NCBI GenBank assembly: GCA_036525315.1
Contig: DATDAS010000047.1
Coordinates: forward strand, 61,497 to 125,496
Direction of reading: 5' to 3'
DNA: 64,000 nucleotides
Origin: Allosphingosinicella sp.
GTDB lineage: Bacteria; Pseudomonadota; Alphaproteobacteria; Sphingomonadales; Sphingomonadaceae
The position numbers were made by a program, and so were the translations under genes. A model generated the notes under the pieces. That model had not been told where the DNA came from. It searched no databases and saw nothing but the letters and a program-made list of their open reading frames with translations. This document shows positions 7,441-16,954 of this stretch, in pieces; positions within the stretch are counted from its first letter, which is position 1; each line of letters opens with the position of its first letter.

Positions 7441-9444
7441 ATGTCGGAAATGTTCAGGATCACTCTCCCCGACGGCTCGGTTCGCGAGGTCGAGCCGGGG
7501 ACGACTCCCGCCGACATAGCGGCGGCGATCGGGCCGGGCCTGGCCAAGGCCGCGCTCGCGGCGCGGGTCGACGGCGAGGTGCGCGACCTGATGCGGCCGC
7601 TCGAGGGCGATTCGGAGCTTGCGCTGATCACGTCGCGCGACGAGGCCGACGCGCTCGAGCTCGCGCGCCACGATTATGCCCACGTCCTCGCCGAGGCGGT
7701 CCAGAACCTGTTCCCCGGCACCCAGATCACCTTCGGCCCGGCGACCGAGGAGGGATTCTATTACGATTTCGCGCCGACCGCCGAGCGGGGCCCCTTCACC
7801 GACGAGGACCTTCCGGCGATCGAGGACGAGATGCGGCGAATCATCGCGGCCGACCAGCCGCTGATCCGCGAAGTGTGGTCGCGCGAGCAGGTCCGCGATT
7901 TCTTCGAGAAGCAGGGCGAGGCCTTCAAGGCCGAATGGGTGATGGAGCTTCCCGCCGACGAGCAGATCAGCATGTACCGTTCGGGCGGCTGGCTCGACCT
8001 GTGCCGGGGCCCGCACCTCGTCTCGACCGGCAAGCTCGATCCGCAGGCCTTCAAGCTGACCCGCGTGTCGGGCGCCTATTGGCGCGGCGACCAGAAGAAC
8101 GCGATGCTGAGCCGGATCTACGGCACCGGCTGGCTCAACCGGAAGCAGCTCGACGCCCATCTCCTCCGGCTCGAGGAAGCGGCGAAGCGCGACCATCGCA
8201 AGATCGGCCAGGAGATGGACCTGTTCCACCTCCAGGCCGAGGCCCAGGGCTCGGTCTTCTGGCACGCCAAGGGCTATGCGATCTGGCGCGAGCTCGAGGC
8301 CTATATGCGCCGCCGCCTCGATTCTGCCGGCTATGACGAGGTGAAGACCCCGCAGCTGATGGACGCGCGGCTGTGGGAGGCGTCGGGCCATTGGGGCAAG
8401 TATCGCGAGAACATGTTCGTCGTGCCCGACGAGGTACCGAATACCGAGGAGGGCCAGCCCGTCTTCACCGGCGAGGGCGATCTGATGGCCCTGAAGCCGA
8501 TGAACTGCCCGGCGCACGTCCAGATCTTCCGCCAGGGGATCAAATCGTACCGCGACCTGCCGCTGCGCCTGGCCGAGTTCGGCTGCTGCCACCGCAACGA
8601 GCCGCACGGCGCGCTCCACGGAATCATGCGGGTCCGCCAGTTCACCCAGGACGACGCCCACATCTTCTGCCGCGAGGACCAACTGGTCGAGGAGGTCCGG
8701 ATCTTCTGCGACCTGCTCGATTCGGTCTACCGCGAGCTCGGCTTCGAGACCTATGCGATCAAGCTCGCGCTTCGCCCCGAGCAGCGTTTCGGGACCGACG
8801 CGCAATGGGACAAGGCCGAGCAGGACCTTCGCGAGGCCGTCCATGCCGCCGGGCGGGCCACGCCCGAGTTCGGCTGGGAGGAATTGCCGGGCGAAGGGGC
8901 CTTCTATTCCCCCAAGCTCGAATTCCATTTGACCGACGCGATCGGGCGGACCTGGCAGTGCGGAACGATCCAGGCCGATTACGTTCTCCCCGACCGGCTC
9001 GACGCCTCCTATGTCGGCGCCGACGGCGAGCGCCACCGGCCGGTCATGCTCCACCGGGCGATCCTCGGCACGTTCGAGCGGTTCATCGGAATCCTGATCG
9101 AGCATCATGCCGGCCGCTTTCCGCTGTGGCTCGCGCCGGTCCAGGCGGTGGTCGCGACGATCGTCTCGGAGGCGGATTCCTATGCCAATGAGGTCGCCGC
9201 GCGGCTCCGTGCGGCGGGCATCCGGACCGAGGCCGACCTGCGCAACGAGAAGATCAACTACAAGGTGCGCGAGCACAGCCTCGCCAAGGTCCCCTATCTG
9301 CTCGTGCTCGGAAAGCGCGAGGCCGAGGAGGGCAATGTGGCGCTCCGCCCGCTCGGCGCCGACGCCCGGCAGGAGGTGCTTCCGATCGACTCGCTGGTCG
9401 AGAGGCTGGCCGCCGAGGCGCTCGCGCCCGACCTTCGGAGCTGA
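7441..9444 (+). CDS. thrS: Threonine--tRNA ligase
   Basis: N-terminal TGS-like [14 protein letters not shown]. Class II core includes [50 protein letters not shown] and [10 protein letters not shown], followed by an anticodon-binding C-terminus. ATG 7441 was chosen inside ORF 7417-9444. Confidence 0.97.
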   Translation: MSEMFRITLPDGSVREVEPGTTPADIAAAIGPGLAKAALAARVDGEVRDLMRPLEGDSELALITSRDEADALELARHDYAHVLAEAVQNLFPGTQITFGPATEEGFYYDFAPTAERGPFTDEDLPAIEDEMRRIIAADQPLIREVWSREQVRDFFEKQGEAFKAEWVMELPADEQISMYRSGGWLDLCRGPHLVSTGKLDPQAFKLTRVSGAYWRGDQKNAMLSRIYGTGWLNRKQLDAHLLRLEEAAKRDHRKIGQEMDLFHLQAEAQGSVFWHAKGYAIWRELEAYMRRRLDSAGYDEVKTPQLMDARLWEASGHWGKYRENMFVVPDEVPNTEEGQPVFTGEGDLMALKPMNCPAHVQIFRQGIKSYRDLPLRLAEFGCCHRNEPHGALHGIMRVRQFTQDDAHIFCREDQLVEEVRIFCDLLDSVYRELGFETYAIKLALRPEQRFGTDAQWDKAEQDLREAVHAAGRATPEFGWEELPGEGAFYSPKLEFHLTDAIGRTWQCGTIQADYVLPDRLDASYVGADGERHRPVMLHRAILGTFERFIGILIEHHAGRFPLWLAPVQAVVATIVSEADSYANEVAARLRAAGIRTEADLRNEKINYKVREHSLAKVPYLLVLGKREAEEGNVALRPLGADARQEVLPIDSLVERLAAEALAPDLRS

Positions 9445-9677
9445 TTGCGAGCAAGGTTTCCGGCGGCGGATCGGCCACAGGCGCTGCACAAAAGTCGCCG
9501 CGGCGGGCGCCGCGCCTTTCCTTCGCGCCTATGAATCACTAGATCGGCGACGTGATTTCGGAATCACGCCCGCCGCTTCGGAAATTCGCTGTCGCGTCGT
9601 TGAAGCCAAAAACCATTATCCACTTTTTGGCGCGATGCTTTATGTGAGGCCGGAACGGCATCCACTCAGGAGAAGAG

Positions 9678-10223
9678 ATTATACGTCCCCCCATGACCCG
9701 GCGCCCGATGGCGCCCCCGATGAACGGCCCGCGCTACAACGAGTTCATCCTCTCGGCCAAGGTCCGCGTGATCGACGAAAATGGCGAGAATCTGGGCGTC
9801 ATGCTCACCGCCGAGGCCATCGAGCAGGCCGCCGAAGTCGGCCTCGATCTCGTCGAAGTCTCGCCCAATGCCGATCCGCCCGTGGCCAAGTTCCTCGACG
9901 TGGGGAAGTATAAGTACGAGGTCCAGAAAAAGGCCAACCTCGCCCGGAAGTCGCAGAAGACGCAGGAGATCAAGGAGATCAAGATGCGTCCGAACATCGA
10001 CGACCATGATTACGACGTGAAGATGAAGAAGGTTTTCAGCTTCATCGACGAGGGCGACAAGGTGAAGATCACCCTTCGCTTCCGGGGCCGCGAGCTTGCC
10101 CATGGCGAGCTCGGGATGCGGCTCCTCCAGCGGGTCCAGGCCGACGTCGCCGAGACCGCGAAGGTCGAGCAGCATCCGCGCATGGAAGGCCGGCAGATGC
10201 TGATGGTGCTCTCGCCCAAATAG
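9678..10223 (+). CDS. infC: Translation initiation factor IF-3, probably starting at AUU 9678
   Basis: IF-3 sequence throughout ([22 protein letters not shown] ... [14 protein letters not shown] ... [12 protein letters not shown]). AGGAG at 9668-9672 lies 5 nt before in-frame ATT 9678. The first ATG (9693) is 20 nt from the SD. Confidence 0.9.
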   Translation: MIRPPMTRRPMAPPMNGPRYNEFILSAKVRVIDENGENLGVMLTAEAIEQAAEVGLDLVEVSPNADPPVAKFLDVGKYKYEVQKKANLARKSQKTQEIKEIKMRPNIDDHDYDVKMKKVFSFIDEGDKVKITLRFRGRELAHGELGMRLLQRVQADVAETAKVEQHPRMEGRQMLMVLSPK

Positions 10224-10481
10224 GGGATCGGTGCCTGCGGGGGCGCCTTCGCGTGCCGAGTACCCGCGACGAGGCAGGCGGTGGGGGATCGAGCTTCGGC
10301 CGTCGTCGGGTTGCCCGGCTCGTCGGACCTTTGCCTGGACCATCCTCTCATCTCGCGTAATTTCGTCCGGCATCCGGGCGTGAAGCCGTACGCGGCGCCC
10401 ACGGGACACGGAGCCGGACCATCAAGGTCTCGGCCGAGGATTTGGCGGCGCACTGAAGGAAAAGGGGCGAAGGATATTGTT

Positions 10482-10616
10482 CGCGCGGAGACGCGGAGGC
10501 GCGGAGAGTCGGCGCTTCTCGCGATAGCCGGCATGTCCCGTGCTGCGTTTACCGCGGTCTGGCCGTTCCGGCCGCGGCCGGGACAGTGCCCGGCGCCTCC
10601 GCGCCTCCGCGCCTCC
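10482..10616. repeat. Inverted tandem octamers: (GCGGAGNN)x3 at 10485-10508 facing (GCGCCTCC)x3 at 10593-10616
   Basis: Three perfect GCGCCTCC units lie at 10593-10616. Their near-complement CGCGGAGACGCGGAGGCGCGGAG is at 10484-10506. Together they could form a stem of about 22 bp around a loop of about 86 nt, inside a gene-less region. Confidence 0.6.
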
Positions 10617-10756
10617 GCGTGAACCCAACTTTCTTCTCTTCGAGCCGCATCGTAAAAGTCGTCCGTGCCCGGGTGGGCAGCGAGCCGGGGGGAATGGAAG
10701 CCGGCGCGGCTCGGAGCGGCGGCGAGCCGGCGGCATGGATCTCAGCCTAAGGGGGC

Positions 10757-10776
10757 CGATATAAGTATAGTGTCCC
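10757..10776. repeat. AT-rich 20-nt motif CGATATAAGTATAGTGTCCC, an exact copy of one arm of the 38-bp palindrome at 39817-39854
   Basis: 20/20 identity with 39835-39854. The flanks are also similar (TAATAA versus TATTAA). It is intergenic, about 285 bp upstream of the TonB-dependent receptor gene. Confidence 0.8.
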
Positions 10777-11060
10777 CGTAATAAGCGGTCCTTCCGGGGC
10801 CGGAATGGTCCTCCGGGCTTTCCGCCTGCGCTCATGCCCCGTCGATACCGGCCAGGGCCGGAAATGCGGAAAATCAGCTTTCCGTAGCGGCATCGCGGTG
10901 GCGGGCGCGGCCACGAGTTTCACTCTGCAACGCGATTGTTGCGCAAATGCAATAAAGCCCGGAAAGCTGCGGAAAAACGCGGTTTCTCGCTGGCGGGCAC
11001 TCCCGCGATTCAGTAGCTTCGTCGCAAATAAGAACTGAAATCAGGAGCAGGGAGGCCCCG

Positions 11061-13862
11061 ATGCGCAAATCCATTTGGCTGATGTCCGCAGGTATCTTCG
11101 CGATGAGCGCGAGCCCCGCATTCGCGCAGGACCAGACGAGCCCGACCGGCCAGACCAGCCCGACCGAGGAATCGGCCGAGGTCGACGCCGATGCCGACGC
11201 AAGCCCGGCCGACGACGCCGCCGACCAGGGCGACATCTTCGTCACCGCCCAGGGCCGGACCCAGATATTGCAGGACGTTCCGCTCGCGGTCTCGGCCGTT
11301 TCCGCGGATTCGATGCAGAACAGCGGCGCGACCGACATCCGCCAGCTCAACCAGCTCGCACCGTCCCTGCTCGTCTCCTCGACGGGCAGCGAGGCCAACG
11401 GCTCGGCCCGAATCCGCGGAATCGGAACGGTCGGCGACAATCCCGGCCTTGAAAGCTCGGTCGCCGTTTTCATCGACGGAGTCTATCGATCGCGGAGCGG
11501 CATCGGATTGAACGAGCTCGGCGAGATCGAGCGGATCGAGGTGCTTCGCGGACCGCAGGGCACGTTGTTCGGCCGAAACGCCTCGGCGGGCCTGATCCAC
11601 ATCATCAGCAAGAAGCCGAACATGAACGAGATGGAGGGCTTCGCCTCCGCCACCTACGGCAATTACAATTACATGCGCGGCGACGCCGGGATCACCGGCC
11701 CGATCGGCGACGACCTGGGCTACCGCCTCGACGCGGTCTACGCCAAGCGCGACGGCTTCTATGACGACGTCGTCAACGACACCGACGTCAACGACCGCGA
11801 CCGCTTCTTCGTCCGCGGCCAGCTCATGTACGAGCCGAACGACGACCTCAACGTCAGGCTGATCGCCGATTATTCGAAGCGCGACGAGAAATGCTGCGGC
11901 GCGGTCTATCTCAACCGCGCCTTCAACCCGCTGATCGGAAACCTCAACGAGGTCGCCAATCCGCTCCTCAGCCCGACCGGCAACAACATCATCAACGTGC
12001 TCCGCGACCTCGGCCAGAATTTGAACGCGTTCAACGATCCGTTCAGCCGCGACCTCTACGTCACTCCGGGCCGCACCTATGGCGGCGAGACCGAGGACAA
12101 GGGCGTATCGCTCGAGGTCAATTGGGACTTCGGAAACGCCAGCCTGACCTCGATCAGCGCCTATCGCGACTATGGTTCAGACCAGGCCTCGGACACCGAT
12201 TATTCGATGGTCGACATCCTCTACCGGGCCGACAATGGCGGCGGATCGCGCGGCTTCGAGACCCTCAGCCAGGAGCTCAGGCTCCAGGGCCAGGCGTTCA
12301 ACGACAAGCTCGACTGGCTCGTCGGCGCCTATTTCGCCGACGAGGATCTGAAGGTCACCGACAATCTGAGGTTCGGCGCCCAATATGGCCGGTTCGCGAC
12401 CTGCCGGCTGCTCTCCGGAACGGCGCTCGGCGGCTTCTACTCGCCGGCGACCCCGGGCTGCATCAGCCCGACCGGACGGGCGGTGATCAGCGGCGCTCTG
12501 GCGCCGGCCGTGCCCTCGCCGTTCGGACCCGCGGGACCGCTGGTGCTCGCCGGCTTCGATCGGCTCGAATCGGTCAACGACCGCGGAAGCACGCTCGACG
12601 TCTATACCCAGAACAGCCGCAACTACGCCTTCTTCACGCACAACATCTTCCACATCACCAACAGGCTCGCGCTGACCCTGGGCGCCCGCTACACGCACGA
12701 GCGCAAGGAGATGCGGACCACCTTCGGCAACGACAACACCGCCTGCCCGGCGCAGCAGGCGGCGCTCGGGCCTTTGCTCGCCAATCCGGGCCTCGCGGCT
12801 CTCGCGGGCGGCCTGATCAGCCTGACATGCCAGGGCAATTCGACGTCCGAGCTCAATGGCGTGTCGATCAACGACGAGCGAAGCGAAAGCGAGTTCACCG
12901 GCACCGGCGTGCTCTCGCTGGAGGCGAGCAAGGACCTGTTGCTCTACGCCAGCTGGTCGCGCGGCTATAAGGCCGGCGGCTTCAACCTCGACCGGTCCGC
13001 GCTCAAGTCGCCGATCCTGCCTTTCGCCGCCGTCGGCGGAGCACAGGCCCTGGTCGGCAACCTCCAGTTCGATCCGGAGATCAACACCTCCTACGAGCTC
13101 GGCGCGAAATATTCGCGCGGGCCGGTCACCGTGAACGCCGTTGTTTTCCGCCAGAAGTTCCGCAACTTCCAGCTCAACACGTTCAACGGCACGGTCTTCC
13201 TGGTCCAGACCATCAACGGCTGCGACAGTGATCTGGGCGGAGCCGACCGGGACCTCAGCGCGGCGACCGGCGCCTGCCCGGCCGACGACGTCAGCTGGGG
13301 CGTCCGCTCGCAGGGCGTCGAGGTGGAAAGCCAGATCCGGCCCCATCGCGACCTCCGGGTCGGCCTCGGAGTGACCTATGCCGAGACCAAATATCGGAGC
13401 AATCTGGTCGGCAACGAGAATGGAGCCCCGCTCGATCCGGCGCTCCGCAAGCTGCCCGGCGACAATCTGTCCAACGCGCCCGACCTGGTCGGAATCGCCT
13501 CGCTGACCTGGACCCCGCCGGTCGGCGGCTCGGGAATGTCGGCTTTGTTCTACGTCGATTCGCGGATCACCAGCGACTACAATACCGGCTCCGACCTGTT
13601 CCCGCAGAAGGAGCAGAGCAGCTACGCGATCTTCAACGCGCGCATCGGAATCCGCGGGCCGGACCAGAAATGGGCGGTCGAGCTCTGGGCGCAGAATCTG
13701 TTCGACCAGGATTATACCCAGGTCGCGTTCAACACGCCGTTCCAGGCCGGAGCGACGGCGGCGCCGTTCGTCGATCCGCAATTCCCGGGCGGCCGGCAGA
13801 TCTTCTCGGCCTTCCTCGCCGAGCCGCGCACCTACGGACTCACCGGCCGCTTCCGCTTCTGA
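11061..13862 (+). CDS. TonB-dependent receptor
   Basis: Signal peptide MRKSIWLMSAGIFAMSASPAFAQ, TonB-box-like DIFVTAQG, plug motif IEVLRGPQGTLFGRNASAG, a long beta-barrel region and the terminal TYGLTGRFRF ending in aromatic F. Confidence 0.95.
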   Translation: MRKSIWLMSAGIFAMSASPAFAQDQTSPTGQTSPTEESAEVDADADASPADDAADQGDIFVTAQGRTQILQDVPLAVSAVSADSMQNSGATDIRQLNQLAPSLLVSSTGSEANGSARIRGIGTVGDNPGLESSVAVFIDGVYRSRSGIGLNELGEIERIEVLRGPQGTLFGRNASAGLIHIISKKPNMNEMEGFASATYGNYNYMRGDAGITGPIGDDLGYRLDAVYAKRDGFYDDVVNDTDVNDRDRFFVRGQLMYEPNDDLNVRLIADYSKRDEKCCGAVYLNRAFNPLIGNLNEVANPLLSPTGNNIINVLRDLGQNLNAFNDPFSRDLYVTPGRTYGGETEDKGVSLEVNWDFGNASLTSISAYRDYGSDQASDTDYSMVDILYRADNGGGSRGFETLSQELRLQGQAFNDKLDWLVGAYFADEDLKVTDNLRFGAQYGRFATCRLLSGTALGGFYSPATPGCISPTGRAVISGALAPAVPSPFGPAGPLVLAGFDRLESVNDRGSTLDVYTQNSRNYAFFTHNIFHITNRLALTLGARYTHERKEMRTTFGNDNTACPAQQAALGPLLANPGLAALAGGLISLTCQGNSTSELNGVSINDERSESEFTGTGVLSLEASKDLLLYASWSRGYKAGGFNLDRSALKSPILPFAAVGGAQALVGNLQFDPEINTSYELGAKYSRGPVTVNAVVFRQKFRNFQLNTFNGTVFLVQTINGCDSDLGGADRDLSAATGACPADDVSWGVRSQGVEVESQIRPHRDLRVGLGVTYAETKYRSNLVGNENGAPLDPALRKLPGDNLSNAPDLVGIASLTWTPPVGGSGMSALFYVDSRITSDYNTGSDLFPQKEQSSYAIFNARIGIRGPDQKWAVELWAQNLFDQDYTQVAFNTPFQAGATAAPFVDPQFPGGRQIFSAFLAEPRTYGLTGRFRF

Positions 13863-13878
13863 GCCTCGCGGACGGAGG

Positions 13879-13914
13879 AAAGGGCCCTCGCCGGAAGCGG
13901 CGGGGGCCTTTTGA
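13879..13914 (+). terminator. Probable rho-independent terminator after the TonB-dependent receptor gene
   Basis: Imperfect GC-rich hairpin AAGGGCCCTCGCC-GGAA-GCGGCGGGGGCCTT followed by TTTTGA, 17 nt after the stop. Confidence 0.5.
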
Positions 13915-13928
13915 CGGCCCCGACAGGC

Positions 13929-14013
13929 CGTCACCCTGAACTTGATTCAGGGTCCAGCTGGTCGCGCGCCCGGGAAGCTCCGGACTGGATGCTGAAACAA
14001 GTTCAGCATGACG
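13929..14013. repeat. REP-like element: two inverted hairpin units (CGTCACCCTGAACTTGATTCAGGGTCC and GGATGCTGAAACAAGTTCAGCATGACG)
   Basis: Unit 13929-13955 is closely similar to the reverse complement of unit 13987-14013, and each unit is itself a hairpin. The element sits between convergent genes. Confidence 0.7.
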
Positions 14014-14026
14014 ATCTGGGGGAATC

Positions 14027-16783
14027 TCAGGCCGCCTTCTTTTCCGCGGCGCCCGCGCCGGCGGCCTTGAGGAGGCGCGACTGGAGGGTCTTGAGGCGGG
14101 CGGGGCTCGAGATTTTCTCGCCGGCCTGGTCGGTCAGGTAGAAAGTGTCGACGGCGCGCTCGCCATAGGTGGCGATGTGGGCGGAGTGGACCGCGGCTTT
14201 CGACTCGTAGAGCGCCAGGGCGAGGCCGCTGAGCAAAGCGGCGCGGTCGCGGGCGTTGATCTCGACCACGGTGTAGCGGCTCGAGGCCTGGTTCTCGATG
14301 AAGACGGCGGGCTGGATCGAGAAGGCCTCGGCCCGGACGAGCGGGAGCGCCTTCGCCTCGAGCCGCTGGGCCGAGGGCTCCTCGCCGTCGAGGGCGGCGA
14401 GAACCGCGCCTTCGAGCCGATCGAGCTGGTGCCGGTCGGCGAACGGGCCGCCACTGCCGTCCTGGACGAGGAAATTGTCGAGCGCCATTCCGTCGAGGCT
14501 GGTGTGGATCCGGGCGTCGATGATGTTGCCGCCGGCGAGGCTGATCGCGCCGGTCAGCCGCCAGAACAGGCCGGGCTCGTCCTTCGCGTAGATCGTGACG
14601 AGCGTGGCGCCCCTTTCCTCGACGATCGCGGTGGCGACCGGCCTGGCGGTCTTCGGCGCCCTGTCGCTGGAATCGATCAAGCGGGCGTTGCGCTCGAGCA
14701 CGTCGACCGGCTCGGCCAGCCAGTAGCTGTCGGGCAGGCGCCAGGCGAGCCGGGCGAAGCGGCTCTCGTCCCAGCCGAGCCTCTCGCCCAGATCCTGCTG
14801 GATGGCGAGGACGCGCTCGCGGCGGCCCTTCTGCTTGTGGCCGAGCCGAAGCACCTCCTCGGCCGCGTCGAACAGGGTTCGAAGCAATTGCCGCTTCCAG
14901 CTGTTCCATACGCCGGGGCCGACCGCCCTGATGTCGACGACGGTGAGCATCAGGAGCAGCCGAAGCCGCTCGAGGCTCTTCACGCGGCCGACGAAGTCGG
15001 CGATCGTCTGCGGATCCGCGAGGTCGCGCTTGAACGCGGTCGCCGACATGAGCAGGTGCCAGCGCACCAGCCAGGCCACGGTCTCGGTCTCGGCGTCGCT
15101 CAGCCCGAGCCTCGGGCAGAGCGCGCGCGCCACCTCGGCGCCGAGCAGGCTGTGATCGCCGCCCCGCCCCTTGGCGATGTCGTGGAGAAGGACCGCGGCG
15201 TAGAGGACCCGGCGAGACGCGATCAGCCGGAACAGGCTGGTCGAGAGCGGATGGTCCTGCTTGAGCTCGCCGCGCTCGATCTTCGACAGGAGGCCGATCG
15301 CCCGGATCGAATGCTCGTCGACGGTATAATGGTGGTACATGTCGAACTGCATCTGGGCGACGACCCGGCCGAAATCGGGAACGAAGCGGCCGAACACTCC
15401 GGCCTCGTTCATCCAGCGCAGGACCGTCTCGGGATCGCGCCTGCTGGTCAGAACGTCGAGGAACAGGGCATTGGCGCGCGGATCGGCGCGCACCGCCTGG
15501 TCGATCAGCTTGGAGTCGCGCGCGGCCGAGCGCATCGTCAGCGGATGGATCTCCAGGCCGTGCGCGTCGGCGAGCGCGAACAGGAGGATGAGCCGCACCG
15601 GATCCTCGCGGAAGAAATCGTCGTGCGGCAAAGCGAGCCTGCCGCGGTCGAGCGCGAAGCCTTCGAGCTTGCGCGGCTTTCGGCGGAGCGCGGCGAGGCC
15701 GAAACGGCTTCCGGGCCTGGCGAACTTCTCGTCGAGATGGGCGAGGAAGACCCCGGTGAGGTCGCCGACCGTCTTCGCGTGCAGGAAATAATGGCGCATG
15801 AAGCGCTCGACCGGAGACCGGCCGGGCCGGTCGGCATAGTTCATCCGGGCCGCGATCTCGCGCTGATAATCGAAGGTCAGCCTCTCCTCGGCGCGTCCGG
15901 CGATCAGGTGAAGGTGGCAGCGGACCGCCCAGAGGAAGGTCTCGGCGCGCTGGAATCGGCGAAGCTCGTCCGACGACAGCAGGCCGACGTCGACCAGCTC
16001 GGCGACGCTAGCGAGCTGATAGGCATATTTGCCGATCCAGAAGAGGGTGTGGAGATCGCGGAGGCCGCCTTTGCCTTCCTTGACGTTGGGCTCGACCACG
16101 TAGCGGCTGTCGCCCATCCGCTTGTGGCGGGCGTCGCGCTCCTTCAATTTCTCGCCGACGAACTCGCTCGCCCGGCCGGCGACCACCTGCTTGCGGAAAC
16201 GCGCCTGGACCTCGTCGAACAAGGCCTCGTCGCCCCACAGATAGCGGGATTCGAGCAGGGCCGTGCGGATCGTATGGTCGCCCTGGGCGAGCCCGATCAT
16301 CTCGTCGACCGAGCGGCTGGCATGGCCGATCTTCAGCCCGAGGTCCCAGAGCAGATAGAGCATCGATTCGATCACCTGCTCTGTCCAGCCGGTCGGCTTC
16401 CAGGGCGTGACGAAGACGATGTCGACGTCCGAATGGAGCGCCATCTCGCCGCGCCCGTAGCCGCCGACCGCGATCAGCAGCAGCCGCTCCGACGCGGTCG
16501 GATTGCCGAGCGGGAAGGCGGCGAGCGTGAAATCGTGGACAAGGCGGAGGATCTGGTCGGTGAGGTAAGCGTAGGCCGAGGCCGCCTCGCTGCCCTGCCA
16601 GGGCTTCTCCTCCAGGCGGCGGGCGATCTCGGCGCGGCCCCGGGCAAGGGCGGTCTTGAGCAGTGCGGTGGCCTCGCGCTTCCGCGCCTTTTCCTCGCCG
16701 GTCAGCGCCGAGAGCGAGTCCGCCAGCGAGCGGCGGTCGACGATCGCTCGGCGCTTCGGGACGTCGGAATAGAGGGCGGCCAT
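14027..16783 (-). CDS. glnD: Bifunctional [protein-PII] uridylyltransferase / uridylyl-removing enzyme
   Basis: Nucleotidyltransferase motif AVGGYGRGEMALHSDVDIVF, HD domain LLHDIAKGRGGDHS, and two C-terminal ACT-like repeats. 918 aa, the typical length. Confidence 0.95.
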   Translation of the reverse strand: MAALYSDVPKRRAIVDRRSLADSLSALTGEEKARKREATALLKTALARGRAEIARRLEEKPWQGSEAASAYAYLTDQILRLVHDFTLAAFPLGNPTASERLLLIAVGGYGRGEMALHSDVDIVFVTPWKPTGWTEQVIESMLYLLWDLGLKIGHASRSVDEMIGLAQGDHTIRTALLESRYLWGDEALFDEVQARFRKQVVAGRASEFVGEKLKERDARHKRMGDSRYVVEPNVKEGKGGLRDLHTLFWIGKYAYQLASVAELVDVGLLSSDELRRFQRAETFLWAVRCHLHLIAGRAEERLTFDYQREIAARMNYADRPGRSPVERFMRHYFLHAKTVGDLTGVFLAHLDEKFARPGSRFGLAALRRKPRKLEGFALDRGRLALPHDDFFREDPVRLILLFALADAHGLEIHPLTMRSAARDSKLIDQAVRADPRANALFLDVLTSRRDPETVLRWMNEAGVFGRFVPDFGRVVAQMQFDMYHHYTVDEHSIRAIGLLSKIERGELKQDHPLSTSLFRLIASRRVLYAAVLLHDIAKGRGGDHSLLGAEVARALCPRLGLSDAETETVAWLVRWHLLMSATAFKRDLADPQTIADFVGRVKSLERLRLLLMLTVVDIRAVGPGVWNSWKRQLLRTLFDAAEEVLRLGHKQKGRRERVLAIQQDLGERLGWDESRFARLAWRLPDSYWLAEPVDVLERNARLIDSSDRAPKTARPVATAIVEERGATLVTIYAKDEPGLFWRLTGAISLAGGNIIDARIHTSLDGMALDNFLVQDGSGGPFADRHQLDRLEGAVLAALDGEEPSAQRLEAKALPLVRAEAFSIQPAVFIENQASSRYTVVEINARDRAALLSGLALALYESKAAVHSAHIATYGERAVDTFYLTDQAGEKISSPARLKTLQSRLLKAAGAGAAEKKAA

Positions 16784-16849
16784 GCGAGACAGATAAGGCG
16801 CGGGCGGGAGTTCGTCACCTTTGGGCGCTGCTGAGGGTTCATTCCACTA

Positions 16850-16936
16850 CCGTTCGCCCTGAGCCTGTCGAAGGGCTTTCCTTTCTTGCTAGTGCGGAAA
16901 AGAAGGAAAGGGCTTCGACAAGCTCAGCTCGAACGG
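16850..16936. repeat. REP-like inverted repeat (CCGTTCGCCCTGAGCCTGTCGAAGGGC ... GCTTCGACAAGCTCAGCTCGAACGG)
   Basis: The arms 16850-16887 and 16900-16936 are near-complementary. The element is intergenic between glnD and mutS. Confidence 0.7.
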
Positions 16937-16954
16937 AAGGGGGGGCGGGACCGG

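Noticed and set aside
7300-9489. 729-aa ORF on the minus strand, opposite thrS. Similar long antisense ORFs: 14177-16834 (+) opposite glnD, 16886-20266 (+) opposite mutS, 21947-24001 (-) opposite maeB, 35781-37742 (-), 44613-46925 (+), 52368-54116 (-), and 56230-58845 (+).
   Set aside because: These are typical shadow ORFs of high-GC DNA. Their translations are Arg/Gly/Pro/Asp-rich low-complexity text without motifs, and each lies opposite a gene with unmistakable conserved motifs.
10593-10616. Tandem GCGCCTCC x3 considered as a CRISPR array or microsatellite.
   Set aside because: The units are only 8 nt, contiguous with no spacers, and there are only three of them. This is not CRISPR-like. 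It is reported as part of an inverted-repeat structure instead.
10422-10835. 137-aa minus-strand ORF and neighbouring ORFs (10281-10622, 10540-10764, 10805-11038) in the infC-TBDR gap.
   Set aside because: The translations are Arg/Pro/Gly-rich, no SD-start arrangement is present, and they run across repeat elements. Judged non-coding.
10800-11060. Looked for a cobalamin or other riboswitch in the leader of the TonB-dependent receptor gene.
   Set aside because: I could not find a B12-box-like (GCCACTG-type) or other recognisable riboswitch core by eye. An Infernal/Rfam scan would be needed to exclude one.
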